DNA of 64,000 nucleotides from Leucoraja ocellata. Lineage: Eukaryota. This document shows, piece by piece, positions 1 to 13,279 of the stretch. The position numbers and the translations under genes are program-made. The notes under the pieces were generated by a model, which ran no database searches, was not told the origin of the DNA, and saw nothing but the letters and a program-made list of their open reading frames with translations. Location: NCBI GenBank assembly GCA_036785375.1, contig JAWMAR010000346.1, positions 1,984,001-2,048,000 on the forward strand, read 5' to 3'. The number at the start of each line of letters is the position of its first letter. Position 1 is the first letter of the stretch.

Positions 1-814
1 TAAGACAGGGGTCCTGGAAGAACAAGAAAAAGAAAGGACTATAGTGTGAATGTCTTAGTGAAGAGAACTTTTAAAATAATAAATGTTGGGTTGTGAAGCT
101 GAGTTAGTTTTGTCGCCAAATTGGAGGCATTCCAAATGCAACATCCTCTAACTGGTAGGTACCCTGATTCTAGTCATGATCGATGCTGCAATTATCTCTG
201 TAAGACGGGACGGATAATAATCATTTAAAAGGTGGTTGTCATCCAAAAGGAGCAATAACATTGAAAGATGGATGTTATTCTCACCGTAGACTGTTGCAGC
301 TTTGGTGATTGTCAAGGGTAGCTACTCATGGGCTGAGACATCCAACTGGTGCCAGTTTGTTTTATTTGTTAGTGTTTGGGAGAAGCAGGTTTACCCTTGC
401 CACATCAACAGGGAGTCACTTTTGCTGACACTAGCAGCGTTGCTGGCAAGAAGCTATCCGAGAATCTGATTTACAATGGTTGCAGATCCCAACTAATTAC
501 AATACAATTATTCAATTTTTAAATCAACTGCGGGTTTGGATTACTCCATTATTTGGGGATTAGTCAAATGATTACTCTATCTGCATCTCATGCTAAATTT
601 ATCACAGATTGGTGTTTGGAATGCTATTTCTCAAGGGCACCTGCCTATAATAACCTCTCTGTAAATTCCATACTTTACTCTGTAACAACCTAAATACCCT
701 TTTAACACTTTCATTTAAGACCTGCGACACTTCAATATCGTCGATAGACAACAACACCATCTTCTAAATAGTAAGTTGTAACTTTTTGTTGTGCTTTAAT
801 CAATAAAATGTACA

Positions 815-3800
815 TTAGCTTGAAAGCATCAATTTTATTTAGTTGGTGTCACTGTGTTATTTACAGATAATATACAATGTATAACAGTAGTGTATTAGAT
901 CCTTTAAAAACTACAAATCTTCTTCCAACTTTGAATATTCCCCCACTTTGGCCTTTGCTATGTACATTGCAATTTTCTTCTTCCTGATACTGTGGATGAG
1001 CTAGCCACTGATTGATAGCTTGCCCTTGCTTTCCTATGCTTTGTGACTGACATGATCTGTAAGGGGCATAACCACGATGACACAGGTACCAATGTGCACA
1101 CTGATTGCTCTGTCACCTTTGGCCTTTTCTTTTAGGCTGCTTTTATGCTTCGTCTTCCATTTCACTGCAATGACTCGAACATAGAAGTTGACCGATATCT
1201 TGATACCATAAGCAAGTCGCTCCTCACACTCAGCCTCAAGACTAATTACACCTGCAAGAATTAAAGTGTCAGAAAGAAAAGTCACTTGGTCCATGGAGCA
1301 GCATCAACAAAAGAGGGAAATATGTTGAGTAAAATAAATAACTCTTCCTTTCATTGCACTCTCTCCACTTTATTGGTGACTAAAACAAAGTCATTGAGTC
1401 AGCAAGCCTAGACGATGAATGTCTGTATCTCTGTCGCAACATGGCTTGGCATTTGGACAATTACCTTCTTTAATTACTTAATTCTATCCTCCTGTCTTTC
1501 AAGATGCATTAATCAAATATGCCAGCAACTTTATTTTCTAACCTGTCTAAATCCACAAGAGATGTAATTCTAAATAGTAGTAAAAACCAAGATTTGAACC
1601 AGGACCATGGCATATAAGTGTTCAAATGTCTGTAACAAGACTTACGAGACTTTGATCGCACCCCACTGTTTACAATGCAAGCTATTCTCCCTTTACTTTT
1701 AAAACAAATGCAAATTTTCCTTCACATCCCTTATTTGGTTGCATTGCGAAGAGGTGGCATCTCACTGATATTGCTGGACAGTGCGTAATGTTGCGGATAT
1801 TTTATAACTTCATACACAATACAAAGGAATTATGACGAGAGATGTGTGTGAGCCTAAAATGATCTGAAGGTAGCCAGATAGTTAAAATAACATTTGGTTT
1901 CACATAATCATCTAATCATATTTCTTACTAGTGATGGATTTGCTTTTTAGGAAAAGATAAAATCCATATCTAACTAGGTAATTATTACTTAATGGCCTAC
2001 GTTGCACAAAAAATCCCAAGTACATTTCTAGGCCACCTATATAACACAGAAGATCACACAACTGCTACACTATAGGATCTCTTCCACTTGTATGTAAGTT
2101 CACCACAAGCCATTCAATGACTTAAAAATCATTCCACACTATACAATACATGCCTCAGCAGGCCAGCACTTGTCCAATATTTAAATATAGCTTCAAACTT
2201 GCAAATCACAATTTTCAACACATACTTTGTTTTACAGATCCAGAGGCTCCACCACTTTTGTGAACGGCAGATCTGAATACGTAACATGCTAATCTGTGGG
2301 GGATATCAATTTTCAGATCGACCCCAAGAGTCCTGTGCGCTCTATATATGTTTCTAGTTATTCTGAATTCCACCATTAGATTGTGCCTGTGTGCTCACCA
2401 CTGCACTGCATGTACAGGTGAGTGTACAGGTGCCTGGCCAACCTGGACCATTCGCAGCTTCACTAGTACTCTAGGGGAAGCAAAGTGAGCAGGAAATGAG
2501 GAGGAGAACGTGTCAGAAAACTGAAGAACGATGAATGCATGGGGTTGCGTTCTAAACATGAATAACCAATGTTTCACAGAAGAATAAATACTCTGAACAA
2601 AAAAGTACATAAATATAAGCGAAGCAGGATGGGAAAGATAGAACATGGAACATGGAACACGACAGCACAGGAACAGGCCCTTTGGCCCACAATGTCCATG
2701 CCACACACAATGCCAAGTTTCCCGCTAATCTCCTCTTCCAGCACATGGCAGAATACAAGAAAACAATGCAACTTGGCATTCATGACATTACAAATGGATA
2801 AACTCTGTTTCCTCCACCTTCTATGGTTTGCTAAAACTTTAACGTCTGCATGCCTGAAAGCTCTTGGCTACCACCACTCGGTGATTAACATAAACAAATG
2901 ATTAATCTTTGTCGGGTTCACTTCAAACCATCACTAAGCTTGGCTCTTTGGCATGATTAGTGACTTCAACGCCTATCTGCGTGGCATTTCATGTGTCAGA
3001 AGCAAACTTGCGAATAATGCATGAGATTTAAAAAACTAAGTTCGGCAAGTAATATCGTCCCAGGTTGAAAGATCCATTTACAGAGTCCCATGCTCATGAA
3101 ATAAACTTATTATCTTGTAAGTGCTGCAGATTTCTTGGGAATTCGTACACTCCGTATAAAAACTCGTACCATTGAGAGAGGAAAAAAAACATATAACTCG
3201 TTACACTTATCGGAAGTGGCAGAGATATGCTCAATGGTGCAATTTGTATTCTCTCTATAATGAAGCTATTTCACCAACCCTAGGCCTGGAATTCTAAGCA
3301 ACCATTCCAAGGGGCAAAAATTAAAGCATGGAAGAAAAGCCAGCTCTGCCCCTCATTTATGTTATGAATTGGTTGCCTATGCGTGGTCTAATTGAATTTT
3401 ACTGTACATGCTTAGAAGATGGACTTTTTTTAAAACACACTATTCGGGATGATATGGTATCCTTTACTTTTGTTGAATTAACCCAAAAATTCTAATTACC
3501 AAATTAATTATCCATCCCTTCCAACACAAATAATTTCAATTTCCGAGAGTAGCAATTGGCTAGAAATTCAACCCTTGATTTTGTTGCTCTAAGCTCATTC
3601 AAGTGATGACCATACCAAATGGCTTCCTTTGATAGAAACTGTCAGGTGACCTGGTTGGTTCACCGCCCTCTGTTGTGCTAATGTACCAACTAAAATGAAA
3701 ACCTTGAATAAAACAAGGAATTGATGGTAAGTTTCTCTGAAAAGACTGAAGCCTTGTATAGTATGCCATTTTGTTTAGATACAAATACACTTGCCTAAAT

Positions 3801-3920
3801 AACATATCAGAAATTAGAGTGCGGGTAGTTAGTGTAGTCTGACAGAGCCATTGTCCTTTGGCTAACTGGCAAACCCTCCACACTCTTGTTATTGTAGAAT
3901 CGGCGATGGGCTTTTTACCA
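815..3920 (-). other. SHISA6: Probable long 3' UTR of SHISA6
   Basis: Follows the stop codon at 3921-3923 and is almost repeat-free, unlike the introns. An AATAAA lies at 834-839 (minus). The end position is inferred. Confidence 0.5.
834..839 (-). terminator. Candidate polyadenylation signal AATAAA
   Basis: Plus-strand tttatt. The minus context ...TGTAAATAACACAGTGACACCAACTAAATAAAATTG is typical of a 3' UTR end. Other AATAAA exist at about 1368 and 1530. Confidence 0.4.
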
Positions 3921-4507
3921 TCAAACAGTTACTTCTGTTTTGCTGGCTGTATGGTAGTTACGATGATGTCCAGGGATATAGTGGAGCTGCTCCACCGTGT
4001 TGTGTCGACGAGAAGCAAAGGCATGTCGCTTAGCAGCAGTGTGATTCGTCTGATTTGTACTTAAGGTATTGGACGAAGAGTTTGAGGCACTGGGATGTGA
4101 GTGCATTTTTGTCATCTTATAACGATCTAAGATGGGTGTGGATACAAAGATATCTGTGTGGGATTGAGACAGGGCCCTGGACATGGCCCTCTCGTGGAAT
4201 GCGGTGCGTTTGAGGGACATGACTTTGTCCGGAGAGAGCAGAGGGTCCTGGGACTGGAGGCGGTCAGCTGACAAGAGTTGTTCATCAGACAGGATGCGCT
4301 CATAAGACATGATACATTCTTGAGGCAGGTCTCTCTCTGGAGACAGGACCCTGTCCTGTGACATGGCCCGTATTGGCCGTCTAGGCCTCTCTCTATGGTT
4401 ACTGTGTTCCTGATTCATTTTGATAACATGGAGAGGCAGAGTCCCTCTTGCTGCCAAGTCTGGAAGATGCCTTCTCTTCATGTAGTACTCGTCCATCTCC
4501 TTCTCAC
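3921..4507 (-). CDS. SHISA6: SHISA6 last coding exon (intracellular tail, C-terminal PDZ-binding motif EVTV)
   Basis: Acceptor ...ccctgcag|GT GAG AAG (phase 1). Translation (S)EKEMDEYYMKRRHLPDLAARGTLPL...RRHNTVEQLHYIPGHH...TASKTEVTV* matches the vertebrate Shisa-6 C-terminus as I recall it. Confidence 0.95.
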
Positions 4508-4689
4508 CTGCAGGGTTGAGTTGGAAGCACATTTTAGATTGCAATCTCAAAAACATTCGACATTTCTGAATAGTTTTAATGTACAATTAAGGCTGCTACA
4601 TATCCAACTTTCAGCTGGGTGGTTGAAATTTCAAACAAGGGGCCGTCAAATTCCAAGGATATAAACTAGATGCCAATTGTCAGAAGAAG

Positions 4690-4790
4690 AGAGACACAAA
4701 ATCGTAGAGTAAGTCAACGGGACAGGCAGCATCTCTGGAGAGGAGGAATGGGTGAAGTTTCGGGTCGAGACCCTTCTTCTTCAGAAGAGA
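4690..4790 (-). mobile_element. Penelope terminal-repeat fragment with degenerate hammerhead motif
   Basis: Minus strand CTGAAGAagaagggtctcgacccGAAActtc followed by the family sequence ccattcctc...ccagagatgctgcc. Confidence 0.65.
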
Positions 4791-5414
4791 TCTCTGTTCA
4801 TCATCTTTTGCCGTGTCATATATAATGTTTGTAGTATTTTCAATAGCACTGAAAAACCGTTCTTGCCTTAAACCCACTTTTTCACACTAACTAGCAAGCC
4901 AGTTCTAGATGCAGTAAAGAAAAAAAGCAGCTTTATTTGCAATTTTATTCAGAACATTTAATAACACTGTATTAAGCAACACATATGACATGTATGAATT
5001 GTTGCTGTAATGCAGCAGTCAATTGTGATTTAATTAGCATTGATATTCATGCAGCATTGAGTGTATTTGATCGTGAGATGCATGAGCTACCTTTCCACCA
5101 GATAAATACTGACAGGAATGTTTCCTATGAGGGCAGATATATACGAAAAAACATAGCCGATGCAGTCAGGCATCAGCAGCATAACTACCACCCCCCTGCT
5201 GTGTACATCTCCCTTGACTCAGATGTCCAGCATGAAAGGTGATCAGCCTATTTTTTTTCCAGCTCATTTTTTTCCATACAAATACCAAGATGTTTGGTGT
5301 CATGTTCCAGGGTAAAGCAACATTTGTACTGCAAGGTTTGCTGGTCTTGTGTGCCAGCTCATCCCCTCTCAGCAATACATCCGAATGAATGCGCATCTAT
5401 GGACAGATTGCGGG

Positions 5415-5620
5415 CACAGAAGGCAGTGGAGGCCAATTCACTGGATGGTTTCAAGAGAGAGTTAGATACAGCTCTTAGGGCTAATGGAATCAAGGGATAT
5501 GGGGAGAAAGCAGGAACGGGGTACTAATTTTGGATAATCAGCCATGATCATATTGAATGGCGGTGCAGGCTCAAAGGGCTGAATGGCCTACTCCTGCGCC
5601 TATTTTCTATGTTTCTATGT
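5415..5620 (+). mobile_element. CR1-type LINE 3' end
   Basis: Encodes AVEANSLDGFKRELD, then the CR1 3' UTR (gggctgaatggcctactcctg) and a (TTCTATGT)n tail. Confidence 0.85.
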
Positions 5621-5908
5621 TAACGTTGCTTTCTTTCAGATCATTCTGCTCATACCAATTAGAGAATTGAAAACTTTACAATTAAGCCACAATTCAGAAA
5701 GTTGTGGTTGCATTATAGCACAATAAAGAAGTTATTTCTATGTCATTAGCAGCTCAGATTACACCATACCTGGCCTATTAGTGTGGTCTAATTTGTTATA
5801 TCTGTTAGAACCTGCAGGCATCTTTCTTTTATCGTCTATTCATTTGGGGATTGTGCAACTGTGGGATAATCTTATCTTAAAAAAGTAAATATCTAATTTT
5901 TGATTTTG

Positions 5909-6720
5909 TTTAAGAAGGAACTGCAGATGCTGGAAAATCGAAGGTACACAAAAATGCTGGAGAAACTCAGCGGGTGCAGCAGCATCTATGGAGCGAAGGA
6001 AATAGGCAACGTTTCGGGCCGAAACCCTTCTTCAGACTGATGGGGGTGGGGGGTGGCGGGGAGAAGAAAGGAAAAAGGAGGAGGAGGAGGAGCATGAGGG
6101 CTGAGGGATGGGAGGAGACAGCCCGAGGGCTGAGGAAGGGGATTTGATTTGTCTTCTTTCTATATATTTAAGATTTTCTTTTAATTTCCTTTTTATTTCC
6201 CCTAAAATTTCACATGTTGAAGATTTTGCTGCAGTTCCAACATTTCCTCCAGTTCTTTTCCTATTTATTAAACTGAACATTTGAAGTCTTTAACTTTTGA
6301 AGTTTGCCTTCTAATTATTCACTTGAGTGTCTTCGGTTTTTTTCTTTATAGTGCTTCAGTTCTCTACGACAATTATCTTTGGTTTTATGTCGCATTTCAT
6401 TTATATAATGTTACATTTCCTTCTCTTGATTACATTCCTCTTATTTTATGCTGTTTATTGTTAATATTATTACACCTGAATTCCTGGAGACACTTTAGCT
6501 AATATATGTTGACTCATTATTTCAAACTTGTTCGATTCAGTAATGAGTATAAGTAAATATATTTGACCAAATGGAACTACAGAAGGGTTCTGGAGAAGGG
6601 TTTCGGCCCGAAACGTCGCCTATTTCCTTCCCTCCATAGATGCTGCTGCACCCGCTGAGTTTCTCCAGCAATTTTGTGTACCTTCGATCTTCCAGCATCT
6701 GCAGTTCCTTCTTGAATACA
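5909..6720. mobile_element. Inverted pair of Penelope terminal repeats flanking an AT-rich insert
   Basis: 5909-6040 is the reverse complement of about 6588-6720. Purine-rich Penelope 3' UTR at 6040-6142. Confidence 0.75.
6007..6035 (-). ncRNA. Minimal hammerhead ribozyme core (sense to SHISA6)
   Basis: CTGAAGA-a-gggt-TTCG-gccc-GAAA-cg-TT with a palindromic AACGTT in place of helix III. Helix I is weak. Confidence 0.55.
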
Positions 6721-6809
6721 TTAAGGAAAGTTGGTTTTGTAAAATCCTAAAATAACTCAATCCAAGCAAAGGGATTCATTCACATTGTAGAATGGACTCC
6801 ATCATGGGA

Positions 6810-7142
6810 GACCCCTTCCACCCCTGCAACGGACTGTTCCAGCTGCTACGGTCAGGCAAACGCCTCCATTGCCATGCGGTGAGAACGGAGAGGTTGAGAA
6901 GGAGTTTCTTCCCAGAGGCAATTCGGACTGTAAACGCCTATCTCACCAGGGACTAACTCTACTGAACGTTTTTCCTTCCATTATTTATTATGTAAAAGAA
7001 TATGTGTGTTATGATTGTGTTTATAATTTGTTTGGTTGTTTTGTTGTTTGTCTTTTGCACAAAAGTCCGCGAGCATTGCCACTTTCATTTCACTGCACAT
7101 CTCGTATGTGTATGTGACAAATAAACTTGACTTGACTTGACT
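6810..7142 (+). mobile_element. Rex1/Babar-type LINE 3' end
   Basis: ORF2 C-terminal remnant (HPCNGLFQLLRSGKR...SFFPEAIR), then gtgacaaataaa(cttga)n tail. Confidence 0.75.
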
Positions 7143-7978
7143 CGTACACCGTAGTCAGAGACATGGATCCTCACTGGTTCTACCTCAATGGCTAGAATCA
7201 GGGAACCATGTCCCTAATCTCTTTAAGGCGATGGGAACATTAACTTATCCGCCCCTTGAACAACAAGTGCTTCTGGAAATACCGTTGTGTACTATTAACG
7301 AGGGGCCTTTCAGTGGTATGCTCTGAGCAGCCATGCCTCAGTTACCTTGCAAGACGGGTGACAAAATGGGAGCTCAATCAATAGTATAGGAAGAAACTGC
7401 AGATGCAGAAGGAACTGAAGATAGACACAAAATGCTGGAGTAACTCAGTGGGACAGGCAACATCTCTGGAGAGAAGGAATGGGTAATGTTTCGGGTCGAG
7501 AGCTGGAACGTCAACCATTCCTTCTCTCCAGAGATGCCGGAGTTACTCCAGCATTTTGTGCTCAACCAGCAGTGCTGCAAATAAAAGGTGACTCAACGTG
7601 AACTAAGACCACATTTAAAAACAGATAATGCTGGAAACACTCATCAGATCAGGCCGCATCTGTGGAAAGAGAAACTGAGTTAACACATCAGATGGAAAAC
7701 CCTTTATGAGAATGAAGAATTTGACAAATGGTCTTCAACCTGAAATTTGAATTCTGTTTCCCTTTCCACTGATGCTGCTTGACCCGTTGAGTGTTTCCAG
7801 CATAACCCTGTTTTTATTTCAGACTACCAGCATCTGCACCTCATTTTAAATCCATTTAACCACATTTAGCATAATTCTGACCTGCTCAATTACACTGCCT
7901 TGAGGGCTTTATAATGGAAATATGACCTTAGCCATCTATGGAAAATGGGTCACCATGAAGTTGAACGGTTGCTCCTCA

Positions 7979-8329
<351 letters not shown>

Positions 8330-9544
8330 TTAATAACAAAATACAAGGTACTGGAAGAAAAGGATGGTGATGCATTGGTATTCTTCCTTCATCCCGAGTT
8401 CCGATCCTCAGCTAGACTTCCCTGCCAACATTTGCCTCTGCTCTACATGCAGTTGAATCATTTTACCATCCTTTCAACCTTTCATTCACTTTGTGCTCAG
8501 GACATTTTTAAATCACTTTATGATTTTTATTTGTAAATCAAAAGGGAGAATGGTTAAATTAATCTGTGGCATGAAATCCATCTTAACACTTGCATTTATT
8601 TAATTAATTTAAAATGTCATTAAGATACTACTAACTGCAACCATTGTATAACAAAGTTAGGCAGTACCTTCTGAATCTGCCAATAACAAATATCAGTCCA
8701 TCACCAACTCAGATGGATATCCACTTCAGGATGAAATACTGTAAATTGATGTCACCCTTCTACAGGGTTGCTGCAGCATGAAAGAACATAGTAGGTACCA
8801 AAAAGCTTAATTCTTGATGGCCTCACAAAATACTTCTAACCAAACCTGCCAAGCAGCAATCAACTATGGCAGAGTGTTGCAGCTTTGAGATCGCATGTTC
8901 TCCCAGTGACTGCATGGGTTTCCTCCGAGTTCTCCAGATTCTTCCCACTTCATGAATACACGCAGGTTGGGAGGCTAATTGGGCATTGTGAATTGTCTCT
9001 TGTGGGTCAGTGAATGGTAGATCCCGGAGGAGTTGATGAGAAACTTCCAGCAACACAGCTTCCACCAATATGCTATACTAACTGCAATCATTGAATGACA
9101 AAGATGGGCACTGCCTTCAGTATTCCAGCTACTCATCACTCTCTGGGTGAAAAGGACCTCCCCCCCTAAATGATGATCCCACACTCTGAATCTATGGCCT
9201 CTGGTTGTATCTCCTTCTCATGCAGATAATCTTTCTTGCCATCTATCCTGTCTGTGTCGCTCACAGCTTTATACATCTCAGTCATGTCCCCTCTTAACCT
9301 CTTCTGCTCCAGGGAAAACAGACCTAGCCCCTCTAGGAAATAAAATACTTGTTGAAAACCAAATCATAACCTATGATTCAATTGAACGTTGAGATATTTA
9401 AGTGTTGGCATTGGTAACTAATCTGCAGATAGATGAACAGAAACTATCAAGGTAAGCCGCACTCTGGAATTCAATATTATCTTGCATTGTGTCATTAGGA
9501 TGAATGAGATTTATACTTGATATATACCAAAGCAACCTCCAAAA

Positions 9545-9890
9545 CCCCACACTGACCTTTCTGTCCTGGGCCTCCTCCATTGTCAGTGTGAGGCCCAGCT
9601 CAAATTGGAGGAACAGCACCTCATATTTTGCTTGGGTAGTTTACACCCCAGCGGTATGAACATTGACTTCCCTAACTTCAAATAGCCCTTGCTTTCCCTC
9701 TCTCTCCATCCCCTCCCCCTTCCCAGTTCTCCCACCAGTCTTACTGTCTCCAACTACATTTTTACACCGTACCGCCCACTCCCCTGACATCAGTCTGAAG
9801 AAGGGTCTCGACCCGAACCGTCACCCACTCCTCTCCAGAGATGCTGCCTGTCTGTACGGCTGAGTTACTGCAGCATTTGGCGTCTATCTC
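9545..9890 (+). mobile_element. Penelope-like element 3' fragment (GIY-YIG C-terminus, UTR, hammerhead-bearing terminal repeat)
   Basis: LSVLGLLHCQCEAQLKLEEQHLIFCLGSLHPSGMNIDF, then CTGAAGAagggtctcgacccGAAC near 9795. Confidence 0.85.
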
Positions 9891-11634
9891 CTAAAACTCT
9901 CCTTGTATAACGCAATTACTGCAATGTGATAAGGACCAGCATGTCAAGTGCATTGGTGCACAAACAGCAAAGGATTCACAGAGGAATGTCTGCATCGCGA
10001 CATCACAGCCACTTACTAAATATCGGAATATTTGTATCTGATACTGACTGTCATCAGATAGTTGCCATCGTACCATTGTGCATCTGTCCAATGCACAGCA
10101 TTTAAAAATGTCCATGGCTGAAGTTATAGATAACAGCTTTTGTTTTGATCCAAAAGGAAAACAACCAGACAATGACAAATGGATCCGATCTACAGTAGAG
10201 ACAACAAGGTTCTCTGGTGACCATGGGGATTAGGATACTATATCCATAACTCAACGAGGTGAGCAAAGCAAACAATCTATCATAATAACATGCTGCTCAG
10301 GGCAGACAACCAGGATTAGGATTTCTTCTGTCATGCCTTATGGTGCCAGAGACCCCGGTTCAATACTGACCATGGATGCTGTCTGTACGGGATTTGTATG
10401 CGTTCTATGTGACCATGTGGGTTTTCTCTGGGTGCTCTGATTTCCTCACACATTCCAAAGACATGCAAGTTTTGCAGGTTAATTGGTTAATTGTAAATTG
10501 TCATAGATAGGGTAGATAACCAGACTTCGTTCCCCGTTTGTCTAAAACTCGAGGATATAGGTGCCTGGAATGCACTTCCAGGGGAAATGATATGTTATCA
10601 AATGGCAATAGATAGCAACGTTTAAGAATCATTTAGACAGACACATGAAAAGACAATAGAGGGATATGGATGTGCATTCAGACAGGATTAGTTTAAATTG
10701 GCATCTTGTTCAGCATAGTCATGATGGCCAAAGGGTCTGCACCAAGTCTCCACTGGTTTATATTCTAATACATTTACAGCTTTCATTGTGATTTATTTCT
10801 CTCTGCAGTACAACATTACAAATACATACCAACTGTGAATGACTATCTACGATGCCTGTATTGTATTTGATGGGATACCAGGTTGCGTGCTGGTGAATAA
10901 CACCATATGCACTGATTAGATGTTTTGTTACAGAGGCATTTGAACAAAATAGTATTCTATCACTTAATTAGCGCACCTGCATGCTGTAATTGTAATTGTG
11001 TTACAGAAAGCAAACACATTGTTATCTCTCTCCAGGAATCCACTTCATTACATAAGTGAATGTTTAGAAGATATTTGATAAAGTCTCTCATATGAGGCTG
11101 TTAGCTACACCTAACACTCATCAAACTGAAGACACACATGTGCATAGATTCCCAATGTTAATTCCAAGAGTTTGCTTACTTTATTAAATGCATAATAAAT
11201 AACTTTAACTTTCTGGAATCTGAAAAGGAGATTAATATCTTCAGGTAGTCCAGATGGTCATGCCCAGCCTCGAAGCTAATCCTGATAATAATTCAGGTGA
11301 GGGATTCCGTCTGGGAAGATGACAATATATATTGAGGAGAAAGACAAAGAAATGATTTCCCAAAACCTGACATCTAAAGTAGTCTATCCTTCACCCATGC
11401 TTTAAACATAAAATTAAATTATTAATAATAAAAGCCCAGCTATGGCAAAATGGATTTTGTGTTTGGACTGTGGAGTGTGGAGGTTTACGGATTACGAAGC
11501 TCTCAAAAGTGAACACATCTACAGAAGATGCCTCCACCTCCAATCTATCTCTAGTAGATGTCTCCACCTTCAACCTCTCCAGCTCGAATGAAAGGAGGTA
11601 TTTCATTCCGGAGAGAGAAAAATAGAAAGCGACA

Positions 11635-12410
11635 AGTAAAGGGGGGATGTGGGGGAAACCGTTTAATCTCTTCCCTGTACGGGGACCCGACTTTTTCCCT
11701 GTCGGGTCTCCGGTGTCGTTGGGCCTGACATTGAGAAGCCGGCGGCGACCTCCAGCCGGGACCAACCTGAGGGGTCCAGTCATGGAGCCTACGGACCTGA
11801 CATCGCGGAGCTGGCCGTCTTCAGAGCGGGGAGAGCTGTGGTGGCGTTCGGCTGCGACCCGACTTTGGAGCTTCGGAAGCTCCGGCTGCAGGCCCGGTGG
11901 ACGGGAACATCGGGAGCTCCAGGTTGAAAGGACACGGAGCGTGGCCTAACATCGCCCGTGCGGGTTAGTGGCCACGGGGATTTACCATCGTCACCGGGGG
12001 CTCTAACATCGGAGCCCCAGTTCGCCTAGACGCTGCAGTTGGACTGCTGGACAGCTGGTTGGTCTGCTTGATCCGCGGGGTTTAAAGGACACGGAGCTGG
12101 TGCCTAACATCACCCGGCGTGGCTAAATGACCAGAGGACTTACCATCCTACCAAGCGGGGGGGCTTTAACATCGGAGCCCCAGTTCGCCTCGACGCTGCA
12201 GTTGGACCGCGGGGTGAAGAATAAAGGGAAGAGATAAGACTTTGCCTTCCATCACAGTGAGGAGGTGTTGGAGACTCACTGTGATGGATGTTTATGTAAA
12301 CTGTGTTAAGTGTGAATCTTGGGTTTTTTTGTAATGTAAAAAAACTGTAGTGAATATAATTTCTTTCAAACCTAGGTTTGAATGACAATAAATAGCATTC
12401 CATTCCAAAA
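11635..12410 (+). mobile_element. GC-rich non-autonomous retroposon, copy 1 (internal ~160-bp direct repeat, 3' hairpin)
   Basis: Homologous to 14535-15365 and 17220-17945. Ends atgacaataaatag(cattc)n. Confidence 0.7.
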
Positions 12411-12540
12411 CATCGGTGCAGGAGGATAGATTTGCGGATGTAGTCCAAGTAAGAACCATTAAATAAACAGAGAAAATTGAATGTACTGGTCATCTTGATG
12501 GGTGGGATAAGGTGACCATTAGTGATGCATTCCCAATTAC

Positions 12541-12870
12541 CATTCCCAATCTGACCTTTCTGTCCTGGGCCTCCTCCATAGTCAGTGAGGCCCAGTGCAA
12601 ATTAGAGGAACAGCACCTCATGTTTCGCTTGGGTAGTTTACACCCCAGCGGTATGAACATTGACTTCTCCAATTTCAGATGACCCTTGCTTTCTCCCTTC
12701 TTCCCATCCCCCTTCCCAATTCTCCCACCAGTCCTACTGTCTCCGCCCACTGTCTATCTTTTTCCCACCCCCAACCCCCAGACATCAGTCTGAAGAAGGG
12801 TCTTGACCCGAAACGGCACCCATTCCTTCTCTCCATTGATGCTGTCTCGCCCGCTGAGTTTCTCCAGTTA
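12541..12870 (+). mobile_element. Penelope-like element 3' fragment
   Basis: GIY-YIG C-terminal remnant (KLEEQHLMFRLGSLHPSGMNIDF) and a hammerhead-like motif at about 12790-12816. Confidence 0.85.
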
Positions 12871-13279
12871 ATATTATAACATGAAGAAATAAAAGCTTTA
12901 CTGATCAGAAGGAAAATAAAACAACCACAAAATTAGGATCAAATTAAGTAAAGGATTCATAAACTAGCACAAACGTTGACGATGGAGAGACACGAGGAAC
13001 AACAAAAGTGGATCAAACATATCAAAGATCGACACAATATGCTGGAGTCACTCAGCGGGACAGGCAGCATCTCTGGATAGAAGGAATGGGTGACGGTTCA
13101 GGTTGAGACCTTTCTTCTATCCAGAGATGCTGCTTGTCCCCCTGAGTTACTCCAGCATTTTGAGTCTATCTTCGGTGTACACCAGCATCTGCAGTTCCTT
13201 CCTACTCAAACATGTCAAGATCTGTTTGGGGTATTAAATCAACAGATGACTTTGATATTAGGGAAACAAGGTTCTCATA

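Noticed and set aside
4508-4586. N-terminal 26 aa of ORF 3921..4586
   Set aside because: Intronic read-through upstream of the cag acceptor at 4508-4510.
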